A stretch of 64,000 bases of DNA from Camelus dromedarius (Eukaryota). The notes below the pieces were generated by a model that worked only from the letters and a program-made list of their open reading frames with translations, ran no database searches and was not told the DNA's origin. Below, one piece after another: positions 25,401-37,784 of this stretch. The stretch lies in contig NC_087437.1 in the NCBI RefSeq assembly GCF_036321535.1, forward strand, positions 64,234,001-64,298,000. The letters are read 5' to 3'. A program made the position numbers and the translations under genes. Numbering within the stretch: position 1 is the first letter of the stretch; every line of letters starts with the position of its first letter.

Positions 25401-26481
25401 GTCTTGCACACACACAACTGAATGAGGGGAGGAAGCAGGAGTGCGCTGGATGGCAGGGAGAAGGGCTGGCATGCTGTCCATGGGGCAGCAGAACTCATTA
25501 TGTTACCACGTGATTTGGAGTTGCGTTGATTTGGATAGATCATACGTTAAGTCGGTGCACACCCTCCACAGTGTAAATGCGTGACTCTAAGAGGTCTGTT
25601 ACTGTGGTTTCCTGGAAGTACTGGAGAACCGGTATCGTAGACAGGTCCCCCCCACTGCCGTCCTATCCCCTGTCATCATAGACAGTGGAGTAAGAGGGTT
25701 AAGGTTGCAGGAGGAGGAAGGCAAGTTAGACAATTTAAGAACTTTCTGCCTGGAGAGGGAAGAGACTCTTCTCAAACCTATCCGGACTGGGAAGGGACCC
25801 AGCCATGGCCGGTCCCTCAGTGAGTTCATTCAGTCAGCAGGCGTTTGGTGAGCACTTACTGCACTCACAGTGCCATCACTTTCTTGAGATTTCTTCACAA
25901 CAAATCTATGAAGTAGTTACTGGTGCTATTGTTGTTGTCATTGTTATTATTATTAAAGAGAAGGGAGGCAGCGGGGTGCGATGGACTAGGAGCGCTGTGC
26001 CTGGCACTGCTCCCGCTGGGAGTGTCTGTTGATTATTTTAGCGAGAGAGCCACCCTTTCTGCTCAAGTCCACGTGCCTCTCACCCCATCCCACCTGCCTT
26101 CTCGAAAGCCTCGGGACGCTTCTTCTTCACTTCTTCGGCAGAAGCACACCGCCCTCTCAGAGCAGTGTGTGAACTTTCCCCACTGGGCGCTCAGGATGGG
26201 AGACTCTGGTTTATTCATTCAAACAGGCATAGGGGCTGATCAGAGGTGAACATGACATTATTCCTGTCAGCTCTTGGCAAACCTGTTAATATCTTTGCTT
26301 CTCAGCCCACAGTGGATTCAGAAAACATTTCTGATCCATTACCTTGAGCAGAATTATCACCTGCCACATCTTCCTTCTCAAGGCTGGCTGGTTTATGAGT
26401 GTCTAAACTTTCCGCCGTGAGCGGGCACATTATCCAGGGTCCCTCTGGCTGAGAGCAAAGATTCCCTCCCCTTTGTTCCAC

Positions 26482-26605
26482 CGTTCAGTCATTCTCTGAT
26501 TCAACAAATAATTCAGTGTTGACTACACATCAGGTGTTGTGTTAGGAGCTAGGGGTACAGTGCTGAGCAAAACAGACATGGTTCTTGCCCTTAGGAGTTT
26601 ACAGA
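26482..26605 (-). mobile_element. L2 LINE 3' tail
   Basis: ttcaacaaata...gctaggggtacagtgctgagcaaaacagacatggttcttgccct. Confidence 0.7.
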
Positions 26606-26959
26606 CATTAACCAGACAATTCTTCCATCCAGCTCTGCTGTATTCCCAAGGACTAAGGTGCTTTATTCAGGAGTGACCTCCTCAAGCTTGGCATTTGTAG
26701 TGCCCTGTGCTGCCCCAGAGTCAGCCCATCCTGTCTTCTGGGGATCATAGCCGCTGGGCAGTGCCCAAAAAACAGGTCTTGATTGATCCTTTCCATTGGA
26801 GGGAGGCAAAGGATGCCTGTAGTGTCTTCTGGCTCTTGATCCAGCTCTGTGAGAGTTGCCCCAGTGGACAGACTTGGAGGACCCTTAAAGAGGAGGCTAT
26901 TCTGCTCAATCCCCAGAAAGAAGGCATCTTTATTAGATGAGCCTTGTTTCTCTGTGGAG

Positions 26960-27180
26960 TTTGATGGCTTAGCAAAAGCATGGGCAGTGGAGTCAGGCTG
27001 ATGTGGATTTCAGTCCCAGGACTGTCACTTACTAGCTGTATGCCTTGGGCAAGGCATGACCATCTCTGTGCCTTAGATCCTCAGCAATGAAGTGGGAGCA
27101 GTAACACCTCCCTGGCGAGAATGCTGCAATGACTAAATGAAAGGTTGTTCGTGAGTGCTTCTGATGCCTGGTTGACATTC
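26960..27180 (+). mobile_element. MIR SINE
   Basis: gcatgggcagtggagtcagg...cacttactagctgtatgccttgggcaag...tctctgtgcct. Confidence 0.75.
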
Positions 27181-27329
27181 AGTCAAGATGTGCCCATCCT
27201 TCCTCAACATACACCTGACTTTCAACTTCTTAAGGATGTGGTTACCTCTTAGGTTGACACAGGAGGAATATTAAAGGTTAAAGGTGAGGAAGTGTAAGAT
27301 TCCCCTGTTGTATAGCTACCAGGTTAGAA

Positions 27330-27508
27330 CAGCGGTTCCCAGGGTGTCGTCCTGGACTCAGCATCCCCTGGGAACTTGTTCGAAATGCAAATTCTTGGCT
27401 CCACCTCAGAACTACTGAACCACAAACTCCAGGGATGGGTCCCAGCGATCCACTTTTAACAAGCCCTCTAGGAGATTCTGATGGATGCTGAAGTGTGAGA
27501 TCCAGGGA
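27330..27508 (+). mobile_element. MER5A hAT-Charlie element
   Basis: gggaacttgttcgaaatgcaaattctt...ttttaacaagccctctaggagattctgat. Confidence 0.85.
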
Positions 27509-27509
27509 C

Positions 27510-27705
27510 TGGAGATTGCAAACTGGTTGTCAGTGGGCCAGATGCTTTCAAAGATGTGTTGTGTTTGGCTCCTGTCATCAGCTGGAGCTGAGCAGCAGCT
27601 GCCCTGCAGAGTGGCCATGCCCTTCTGCAGGTTCCACCCCTCACTTTGCCACACCCTCCTGTGTTACCCGAGCTGGCCTCACTCATGTGGCTGCCCAGTC
27701 CCTGT
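27510..27705 (+). mobile_element. hAT-Charlie MITE (MER102/Charlie4z-like)
   Basis: ttgcaaactgg...gggccagat...gtgtttggc...agctggagctgagcagcagctgccc. Confidence 0.55.
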
Positions 27706-28544
27706 CGGCAGACACCGGGGGCTCTGGGTCAGGGGACAGGGTGGGTCTGACTTGCAGAGAGGGAGCAGCTCTGCTTCAGCTGACCCTGAATGTCAGCTGA
27801 GACACTGAGCCACCACGCTCAGCAGGAAATAGGAGCAGAGTAGACGATGGTTTTCTAATTCCTAAGACCAGCAGTCAGGTCCTGCTGGTTTCGCTTCAGG
27901 ATTTGGTTTGAAGTGTTGTGAGTTCCCAGCACATCGCACACACCCACATTCAACTGTAGGTCCAAAAATACCTTCCACAGCCAAACAGAGATGATTTTTA
28001 CATTCCCTGCTACCTTGGATTATCTGCCTCGCTGCTCTCTGCCACCCCCGCTGCTGGCTCAGCTGCTGAGCAGTGACTGGAGAGGGACGGCTCTTGAGGA
28101 AGAACGCAGGTCCCGCAGCAGTGAGCTGCTCAGCAGGGCCTGGGGGACTCTGCTTATCCCACAAGCATAAATACAGGTGGGCTCCAGGAAGGCTGGAAGG
28201 ACCAGGGGCTGTGATGTCTGGGGGGTGGAGCAGGATAGGAGAAGAGCAGGAGCTACTCGTTGCAGAGGTGGGAACAGGACATAATGACCAGTGGCCCTGA
28301 TGGCAGCAGGCATTCCAGACCAGAGGAGATGAAAAGGGATTCAGAACCCAGCGTGGGATGGGACGTAGGGAGGAACCTCTGGGTTGGGGGAGAGGTACTG
28401 CCCTGGACTCGGGTTTGGGGACAGAGTTGAGGAGGAGGCCCGGGAAGCTTCCCTGCTCTGCACCCCCGCAGCTGGAGAGAGCACCAAGCCCCCGCCTTCC
28501 TTCCTGGGGGACTCCACCTCTCCAGCAGCCCTGGAGGGAGGTGG

Positions 28545-28765
28545 GAAGTAGGCTGGCTAAGAGCATGGGCTTCTGCATTGAATGGACCTGAGGCCAGATT
28601 CTGGCTCGGCCATTGGCTGTGTGACTCTGGGCGAGCAACCCAACCTCTCAGTTTTCCCACTTGTCAAAAAGCAATATAGCCTATTTTATAGGCATATGGT
28701 GAGGATAAAATAACCTATGTAAAACAGTTAACACACTGTCATAGAACAAAGAACACAATAAAGCT
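28545..28765 (+). mobile_element. MIR SINE
   Basis: ggctaagagcatgggct...ggctgtgtgactctgggcgag...ctcagttttccca...gtgaggataaaat. Confidence 0.75.
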
Positions 28766-31380
28766 TAGATACAGTCATAAGAGAGCAGAAACCATGTATT
28801 TTCACCAGAACACCTGGTATCTGGGATTTGACAAGTTGGGGTCATTGGTGGACTCAGGAAGATGGACTCAGATGTAAGCATTAAGAAGTGAGCAGAAGAC
28901 CATGAATTTCTCAAAGGATGGGTTCCCCTAAAGAGAGAGGCTGTCCTCCCCCAATTCTTCAGCCCCTTTGGCATTTATTAGGGTCCTTGATAAATGTTGG
29001 CTTCTGGTGCAAAAAAGACTCAAGAATGCCCCAGCACTGATGGGGTGTGGTCACTAAGTGACCTCTCCCATCCCCAAATCCAGCTGCCCTGGAGCGGCGA
29101 GGAGCTGTCTTACCTGGAGCCGGGGAGAATAGACAGGATGACCTCAGATGTCTCACAAGGCATTATGAACCTCAAGAAGATCCAAATGAACTTGATTTCC
29201 CTCTGCCCTGTCTTACAAAAAACTGATATTTCCAGTTGTGTTGGTGTGGGGGCTTGGGTTGCAAACAGCTGCCCTCCCACCCTCCAAACTAAAAGGCATA
29301 GCACCTGGGCCCTTTCAACCTGCACCCCACCCCATGGCAAGTCACCCCCAGGACCACTGTCCCTTCTGACTCGGGTTCATTGCTTATGGGGAGACCAGCC
29401 CTGAGAAAAGGGCCTGGGGAGGGGGATTAGCATCCATGCATTTCTGTTTCCATACAGCTGTGTAAATGGTTTAGCACAGAATAAAGCCGACCACAATTAT
29501 CACGATTATAACGCTAGAGGAGAGCACAGATGCAGACCTATAATCCAGATTAAAGTGTGAAGGGAAGTTGCACTGTCTCCCAAGGCCCTTTTTACACTAA
29601 TCCTGTGAGTCTATGAGCCTAAACGTTATCTGGTGACATGGAGACCAATTGATTTCTGGCTTTGCAACTTTCCAGGAAAAATGTGTGGGGCCTTGGAGAA
29701 GATTCACACACTGCCTTGGAGAACAGGAGAGCATGGGGCTGAAGGTCAAGACTGCCACCCTGGAAGTGGTGGAGGGCTGGCCTGGCCCACACTTCGTCTT
29801 GCATAGGGAGTGAGGGGGCAGAACCCCGGGGCCAAACAAGAAGTGTGCAGTTTGGTCCTGACTGCAGCTCACTTCTTCCCCTACCTCCTTGTCATCCCCA
29901 CTCTGCGAAGGCCTCCTAAGGGCTTGCCTTATGTCAGGTCCCCTGGAAGCATCCCCGAGCTGGGATTCTGTGCACGTGGCTGACAGGGAGTGTGTTGGGG
30001 AAGCAGGACGGAGGACAGAGCCAGGTGGAGAGGCTCTATCAGGGAAGCCCGCCTGGTCCCACTGGGAGTCCTGGGATGATAACCGCACCACAGAAGTTGT
30101 TACACCGAGATGGGGGCTGGGCTTTTATACTCTGCATGTCAGTGTTGCTTCCTAGTCTCTGTGAGGGGACCGCCCTAGGCTAAGAGCTGGCCTCTGCAGA
30201 AGGTTGTTGGGAGATGGGGGATGAGTACGCTGACCCAGAAATAAGGATCTGGCAGAGTGCCAACAGCACCTGCTACACCCCCACATTTGTCCTCTCCTCT
30301 CTCTCCCATGAAATAGCACATTAATTAAACTCAAGAAGTTCCTCACATACTTATGAAGACCACATAGAGGTCGTTTTGGGGGTGGCTGGGAAGGGGGGAG
30401 TCTAAGATTCTCCTCCATCCTAAGTCTCCAAGCTTGCGCTCCAAAGTCAATGATTGCTGGGATAATTCTTCCTTGACTAATCATATTTAAATGCTTATTT
30501 TAATAAACATTCTTAAAATGAACTTTCATGTTTATTGGATTCACACAAGGGCACTAGGAAACAGATTTTAGTCCCATTATACAAACTGTTGCTGAGAGTG
30601 ATTAAGGGTTTTACTTTAAGGTAACTAACTCAACTAGTCAAAGTAGTCCATTTCTAATGGTTAAATTTCAGGTGTACTACAGATATCTGGGGACTATTCC
30701 TTTTAGGGGAGCTCTTTTCTGAGAAACTCTTTAAATCTTCCATCTCTTAGCACCCCTCCAAAGTAACAACCTCAAATAAAAATATCAACTATCTTCTGTG
30801 TTCAAGACACCGGTAGTTTGTGGGGGCTTTAAAAGGATTGTGGCATCTGCCTAAGGGGTTTTTAGTCTACCCAAGGAGCCAGATATGTAACAAATGGGGA
30901 GGTTTGATTGAATGCCAAATAGGAGGGTAGGTGGGCATCATAGGAACTGGATATGGGGGCTTCTGAAGGGGAGAAGGGTTCTAAGCTGGGCTTTGGAGAA
31001 GGGTGAGTCTTGAATCAGCTAGATACAAGCTAGCTGCTAGACAGTCCCTTCCTGCCAGCTGGTTGTCACTGGGACACCTGTGCCAGGAAGTGGCACATCC
31101 ATCCATTCATGTATTCATTCACAATCACATACAGCTGAGCTCCCACTCCATGGCAGGCTCTGTGCTTGGCTCTGGGGAGGCAGTGATGAGAACGTTCCCC
31201 TTGGAGCTCATGATCTAATGTAGACATGGCTCACACTGCTGTCAACTGTCCAGGCTCTAATCTCAGGTCCTGGGCAATCCAGTCTGGCAAATGCTCTGTC
31301 TGCTCTTGACTTCACTCACCTCTAATTAAACTAGTGGTCAGTTCATTATCTCCCTGGAGAGAAGAGGTTTTAGAGAAGAG

Positions 31381-31820
31381 TGTATCACTTAGGAATGCTT
31401 TTGGCTGCAAGAAACAGACAATGCTGCTTACAATAACTTTAGACATCAGGACTTATTTAATCATTTAACAAGAGGTTTGGAAGTGGCAGCAGCTGCTGGT
31501 CTTTGCCCACTGGCTCAACAGCATCAGGAGAATCTGTTATCCTCCTGGCCTGTTTCATTGTATCAAAATGGCTGCTATAGCTCATGACATCACATTTTTC
31601 TGCATGGCAGGATGGAAGGAGTGGTGTCAGCTGAGTCTATTCTCTTGCAAAGAATGCAACCCTTTCCGAAGAATCTGTAGCTGACTGCTTAGTTCTTTTT
31701 GGCCGGAACTATGCACATGGCCACCCCTAACTGCAGGAGAGGTTAGAAAGCGCCTCACCTGGGACTAGGAACATAGCCACACTTTACAAAGGGTATCAGG
31801 GAGGCAACCAGCAACATTGC
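31381..31820 (-). mobile_element. Old MLT1 (MaLR) LTR
   Basis: tgtatcacttaggaatgcttttggctgcaagaaacaga...aaaatggctgc...cacatggccacccctaactgcagg. Confidence 0.7.
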
Positions 31821-32409
31821 CACAGCTGCAGACTTCCGTGTACGATCCTAGGCACTGCACTCCTGCTCCCAGCTCCTGCTCAAGGAACTTCTGGACCAAT
31901 CGGAGTGCCTCCTGCTGAAACACAAACCTGCTTGACCCAGCCTGTCCTCTTCCCCTTCCGCACACGGAGACCATCACTCCGCACTCCTCTGCTCTGCCTC
32001 CTCCAGCCAGGACCTCCCATCCCATTTCCCACATCTGCCCTCCTGGTTTCTGCTTCAGTGTCACCCATGAGGGAGCCCCTCTGGGAAGGGAAACCAGGAG
32101 AGAGGATGAAAGAAAAGGAAAGGTGTTAATTAAACAGCAGATGGTTGCCTTTGTTAATTAATGGCCCTGTCACTCCAAGTGGCATCAGCCTTCTCTTCTC
32201 TGTCTCCCTCACCCTCACCATTCTCCCCACCTTTGGAGGGCCTGACTCTAAAGCTGAAAAGCCCAACATTGGTTCAGTGGGGCTTGAGACCAGCGGAGGG
32301 AAGATGTAGAAAATGGCCCAGGGAGATCCTGAGGACGTGGTTCCCTTGGCCAGGAGGGGGCGTGGGCATTTTGGCATGTCGGCATTGGGAAAGGAGAGAA
32401 GGAATAGTG

Positions 32410-32697
32410 GGGGAGAGGCTGAAACCCTGAGGTCACAGACATATTTTGTTTGGCATGCATAGGGATTTCCAAAAATGCAAATAATTGCTTGCACTTAAAA
32501 ATAAGGGAATTTCATATAAATCCAGAAGCAAAGACTTTCTTTAAAAATGGATGGATCTGGGCCCCTAGTCCTGGGAAGGCAACAATCTGGAGAAGAGAGC
32601 TGAGTCACAGAGCCGTCTTGTCCAGATGGGGATGCGTCCTCCCACCGCCCCGCCCCATCCCTGTGCACATAGCTCATGTGTTGCCTGCCAGCTCTGA
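32410..32697 (+). mobile_element. MER102-like hAT-Charlie element
   Basis: ttttgtttggc...ttaaaaataagggaatttcatataaatccag...ggatctgg...ggcaacaatctgg...gagctgagt. Confidence 0.6.
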
Positions 32698-34241
32698 GGA
32701 CTAGACAATGGGTTGGATGTGGGAGATGAGGGAGAGGGGAATCTGGGAATCTAGTGAGACAGGATCACTGGGCTTCCATTGACAGAAATGGGGGATGTGG
32801 GAGGAACAGGTTAAGGGAGAAAGGTGACAACTTCATTTGGGGCAGGCTGCAGTGGAAATGTCTCGGTGTCACTGAGATGGAGATGGCTTTGTGGTCCAGA
32901 GTCCAGAAGAGAAGGGCTGGAGGTCTGGGGTGCTGATGGAGCTGGGGTGGAAGTGGAAACCCTGGAGACAAAGGAGTGGTGCCAAGAGCAGTCAGTGAGA
33001 GAAGAGGGGACTGAGAGGAGAACCACGTATCTGGATGAAAGAACCAGAAATGAGAGTTAGGGCCAAGTGAGAGGTTGCAAGGAACCTGGACCTTGTAATG
33101 TGTAATGACAGAAAAGTAGATACAGGGTCAAAGATTTTTAAGGCACTGTCTTCTATATTATCTACTCTGAAGCCCAAGGAGTATTTCCAGCAGGCTCTGT
33201 GGCCAAGGAAGGGAGGCAAAGGGGCCTGAGCCCTTGTTCCTGCTGGTACCATGTGTTCACTGGCTCCCCAAAGACACAGGAAATCAGCCATTTACATCAT
33301 GGCAGTTTCTCCCTTTTCAGGCCATTTGGAGTCTTCTCTCTAATAACTTCAGAATGCAAGTTGTTGTCCCTAATTGAAAGTTTCAGGATCACCCCAGAAA
33401 TGCCCCACTACATAAGCAGTATGTGTGCATGGAGGAGGGAGGCACTTCTGCTGCTGACAGAGACGCATGACTCTACTGCCCTGAAAAATCTCTCCTCTCT
33501 AAGGACAGGCAGAAGGAACAGGACATTGGAGTCAGAGCCCGAACTGTTGCTTTCCTCCACGCCCCTCCACCCACCCTTGGGTTGTGCATGTGTCATATGA
33601 GGGAAGGTTGTCTGAGGATTAATTGGAGGCTGGAGTCTGAGTGCACCCCCCTCCCCCCACTGGTGGTGCCTCCCCGCCCCCTCTGACACCACCAGCACAG
33701 AAGGTGGCAGATGTTACTGGTCTCACTTCATTTCCATAGATTTACAAGCATCCCTTTATGTGTTACTGAAAAATTGGGTATAAATCCTATTTTAGGAACA
33801 CAGTGGAACTCATTACTTGAAGAATGCTTTGGAAAATCCTTTTGGGAAGTGAAGAATAATCACCCTTTGGTAAAACTTTGGTGCCAGTGTTCATGAATTT
33901 CTGGGTCTGAAGAGCAGTTCACCTGTCAGGTCTTTCCCAGAGTCTCCCCTTGCATTTTGTGACCGTCTTCTTTCCCATGGGGCACACTGCTCCCCTTCCC
34001 TGTACGTGTGGTCTCCCACCTCTGGTCCTCTCTCCCCACCCCCTTGGGTTCCCACATCGCGCTCCCTGACCGTCCCCTCAGCAGTAGCCTCTTTTTTCCT
34101 CCCCAAGAATGTGGCCATGACTTGATGATGATCTTTTTCCTGCTGCTGCTCTTCTTTCTTTAGAAATTCATGCACAGAAGTCTCTGGATGCCAGAAGTGG
34201 TTGCTGCGTGTGGATGACTGGGTGGGAGTCCGTACGGTGGG

Positions 34242-34705
34242 TGTGGCAGGCAGAATAATGGTCCACCCGAGACATCCACATCTTTACCCCTGGAACCTGT
34301 AAATGTGTTCCCTTTTGCAGCAAAGGGGCTTTGCAGTGACTCAGTGAAGGTCCTCGAGATGGGGAGATTGTCCCGGACTATCCAGTTAGGCCCATTGTAA
34401 TCACAAGGGTTCTTAAAAGCAGAGCACCATTCCCAGCTGTGATAGAGGGCCACGTAATTGCCGAAGAAGCGTTAGAGAGAGGCAGTGATGCTGGCTCTGA
34501 AGATGGAATGTGGGTGGCCTCTAGGAGCTGGAAAAAGCCAAGAAATGGACCCTCCCCTGGAGCCTCCAGGAAGGCATGCAGCCCTGCCGACGCCTTGATT
34601 TCAGCCCAGTGAGACCCATGTCAGACTTCTAACGTGCAGAACTGTAAGAGAATACCTGTGTCTTTGAAGGTGATTGGGTCACAGCAGCAACAGGGAAGGA
34701 AGACA
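34242..34705 (+). mobile_element. MLT1D-like (MaLR) solo LTR
   Basis: TGtggcaggcagaataatgg...cagccctgccgacgccttgatttcagcccagtgagaccc...aCA; 5-bp flanks gtggg and gtggc. Confidence 0.9.
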
Positions 34706-34830
34706 GTGGCAAGTAAACGGTTCATGGGAACTCCTGCCTCAGACCTGCCCTTGCCTCATTCACAGTGTATTCAGGGACTCACTAAACATTTCTGCCCCAC
34801 CCCCCACCCCGCTCCAATGAGTGATTTCAG

Positions 34831-34961
34831 CTCTTCAGGGGCAGCCGTGTCTAACTCTTTCTCCCATTGCCCACACCTCGGCCCTGGGCTGCCTGATGCC
34901 CTGGCCAGGTAGCCAAGGTGTGGCTGGACAGTAGGGGGCTCACTTCACTCACTGATCAGGG
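34831..34961 (+). other. SEMA5B: Orthologue of an upstream human SEMA5B exon, non-coding here (probable 5' UTR exon)
   Basis: Piecewise translation SPIAH/LGPGLPDALAR*PRCGWTVGGSLHSLIR resembles recalled human SPVAHHLVPGPPDTPAQQLRCGWTVGGWLLSLVR; acceptor gatttcAG at 34829-34830; donor position reads G|GCAAGC. Confidence 0.75.
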
Positions 34962-35107
34962 GCAAGCATGCCCTGCAGGAGAGGGAGGGTCTGGCGGTGG
35001 GCGCCACACTGTGGGGTGAGCAGGAGCAGACCCCATCCTCTGGGAGGTCAGCAGCACATCCCCTGGGGTCCTCTGGTCCTCCTCAATCTTTTGTATTTTA
35101 GGAGCTC

Positions 35108-36180
35108 TTTTTCTTAAAATTGTGGGTACGTACACATAACATAACATTTATCATCATAACTATTTTTTCTGTACAGTTCAGTAGTATTCAGAACATTCAC
35201 AATGTTGTGCAACCACCACCACCATCCATCTGCAGAACTCTTTTCGTCTTGTAAATGGAAACTCTGTACCCAGTAAACAACAGCCCTCGGTTCTCCCCTC
35301 TCCCAGTCCCTGGCAACCACCACCTTACTTTCTGTCTCTTTCTTCATGTAAGTGGGATCATACAATATTTGTCCTTTTGTGCCTGGCTTATTTCATTTAG
35401 CTTAATTTCTTCAAAGTTCATCATGTTGTAGCATGTGTCAAACGTTCCTTCCTTTAGAAGGCTGAATGATATTTCATTGTATGATAATAACACATTTTGT
35501 TTGTTCATTCATCTTTTGATGGACACTTAGGTTGCTTCCCCCTTTTGGCTATTTCACATAATGCTGCTATGAACATGGGTGTACAAGTATCTTTTCAAGT
35601 CCTTGCTTTCAGTTTTTTTGGGATATAATAAGCATACCTTGGAGATACTGCGGGTTCAGTTTCAGACCCACCACAATACAGTGCATATTCCAATAAAGCA
35701 AGTCATACAAATTTTTTGGTTTCCCAGTGCATCTGAAAATTATGTTTACACTATACTGTAGTCTGATAAGTGTGCAACAGCATATGTCTAAAAAAGTGTA
35801 CAACCTTAATTTAAAATAACTTTATTGCTAAAAAATGCCAAGACAATGACAATAGTAACATCCAAGATGACCGATCATAGATCATCATAACAAATATAAT
35901 AATAATGAAAAGTTTGAAGTATTGCAAGAATTACCAAAATGTGACAAAAAGACATGAAATGAGTGAATGTTGTTGGAAAATGGCACCGATAGACTGGCTC
36001 AATGCAGGGCAGCCACAAACCTTTAATTTGTGAAAAACAAATTACTGCAAAGTGCAATACAGTGAGGTATGCCTGTACCCGAAGTGGAATTGCTGGGTCA
36101 TAGGGTAATTATACTTTTAATTTTTTGAAGAACATCCATACTGTTTTACATAGCAGCTGCACCATTTTATATTTCCACCA
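35108..36180 (-). mobile_element. L1MB-type LINE-1 3' portion, split by a Tigger1-derived element
   Basis: Reverse L1 3' sequence (gtgcctggcttatttcatttagc, aatgctgctatgaacatgggtgtaca) resumes as gaagtggaattgctgggtcata after the insert. Confidence 0.88.
35629..36075 (-). mobile_element. Internally deleted Tigger1 (TcMar-Tigger) element
   Basis: TIRs taagcataccttggagata and gaggtatgcctg followed by TA; Tigger1 terminal sequences. Confidence 0.88.
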
Positions 36181-36346
36181 AACCCATTTTAACTGTTTTT
36201 AAATGTACAGGTCAGTGGCATTAAGAACATTCACACCGTTGTCAACCATCAGCAGCATGCCTCTCTTTAGGAGTTCTCTAGATTATAGGAGAACTGCCTT
36301 TCCAGGTGCTGAGAACAATGCTCAGGTGAGGGAGTAGAACTCTCTG

Positions 36347-36954
36347 CAATCCCACTCCTGATCATATATCCAGGAGAAATGAAACTCTAATTTGAAAAGA
36401 TACATGCACCCCAGTGTTCCTAGCAGCACTATTTACAATAACCAAGACATGCAACCTAAATGTCCATTGAAGGATGACTGGATAAAGGAGCTGTGGTATA
36501 TTTATACAATGGAATACTACTCAGCCATAAAAAAGAATAAAATAATGCCATTTGTAGCAACATGGATGGACCTAGAGATTATCATACTAAGTGAAGTAAG
36601 TCAGAGAAAGACAAATACCATATGATATCACTTACATGTGAAATCTAAAAAAGGGATACAAATGAACTTACTTACAAAACAGAAACAGACTCACCAACAT
36701 AGAAAACAAATTTACGGTTACCAAAGGGGAAACCAAAGGTGGGGGGAGGGATAAATTAGGAGTTTGGGAGTAGCAGATATAAACCTCTAGATACATAATA
36801 GATAAGCAAGGTCCTACTGTATAGCACAGGGAACTATATTCAATAGTTTAACCTATAATGGAAAAGAATATATATATGTACAACTGAATCACTGTGCTGT
36901 ACACCAGAAATTAACATGACATTGTAAATCAACTATACTTCAATTAAAAAAAAA
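36347..36954 (+). mobile_element. Young 5'-truncated LINE-1 (end of ORF2, 3' UTR, A tail)
   Basis: ORF2 C-terminus ...MPFVATWMDLEIIILSEVSQ; ends tgtaaatcaactatacttcaattaaaaaaaaa. Confidence 0.93.
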
Positions 36955-37784
36955 TGGACCCTCCCCACAAAGGTTTATGTTGAGCAAGTGGATGTGCCTT
37001 TTGCTGGATTTATGGGCTGTTTTTGAGCTGAAGGCATGTTTTCAAATGCAATTTTCATTTTATACAGCAACTAAATATCTGATAGCAAAATATTTCCATG
37101 GAGAGAGCTTGCCCATGGGGAGGAGGAAAAGGAGGCTGCTCTAATGAATAGATAAGCTTGATTTGTTTGGCAACATCCTTAGCATTTAATTCCAGCAATT
37201 AAAGGAGGCAAGTCTCCTTTGTTTTCTTTTTCCTCGCAAAAACAATGAAATATTACAGAATGTTTGGAAAACAGAAAAAAAGTCCCTCCTCATCGCCATA
37301 CCACCTTAGTACAACCACGACCACTACCACTCCTGAATATTTGTCTGAACCAAGCATGCTACTCACCTTATTTCATTTAAGCTGCGCTGCAACCGTGACG
37401 CTGGGTCCTGATTCTAATCCGTGGTGTTTCCCTGAATGCTGGGTCCTTTCCTCCTGCATCTGATCCATCCTCCTTGACACACACATCATCTCCTACAAAG
37501 TTGCCCTCACGAGGTTCACACTTGCTCGTTTTGTCAAGTAATGTAAACACTTCTTTCTATTCTTGCTTTCAGGGCTTACCTTATGCTGATATACTCTGTT
37601 CATGGGAGCGAGTCCAGACTCCATGATTATAAATGCAGAATTGTTGTGGACTGTGCTTTAGAGGTTTGCCCATCTGCAGTTGATCCCTGGAGCAGCCTGA
37701 GCTCTAGCACGAAGCCTGCCAGGCCTCGGCTCCACTCGCAAGGCTCTGTCAAATAACTCCATTTTCCCACGTGGTGCACTGAGA

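Noticed and set aside
27862..28638. Longest ORF in the track (258 aa, minus strand)
   Set aside because: No recognisable domain; it starts in a MIR and is explained by GC-rich sequence with few stops.
36392..36625. 77-aa ORF with a recognisable protein-like C-terminus
   Set aside because: It is the broken end of LINE-1 ORF2 in a truncated insertion, not a host gene.
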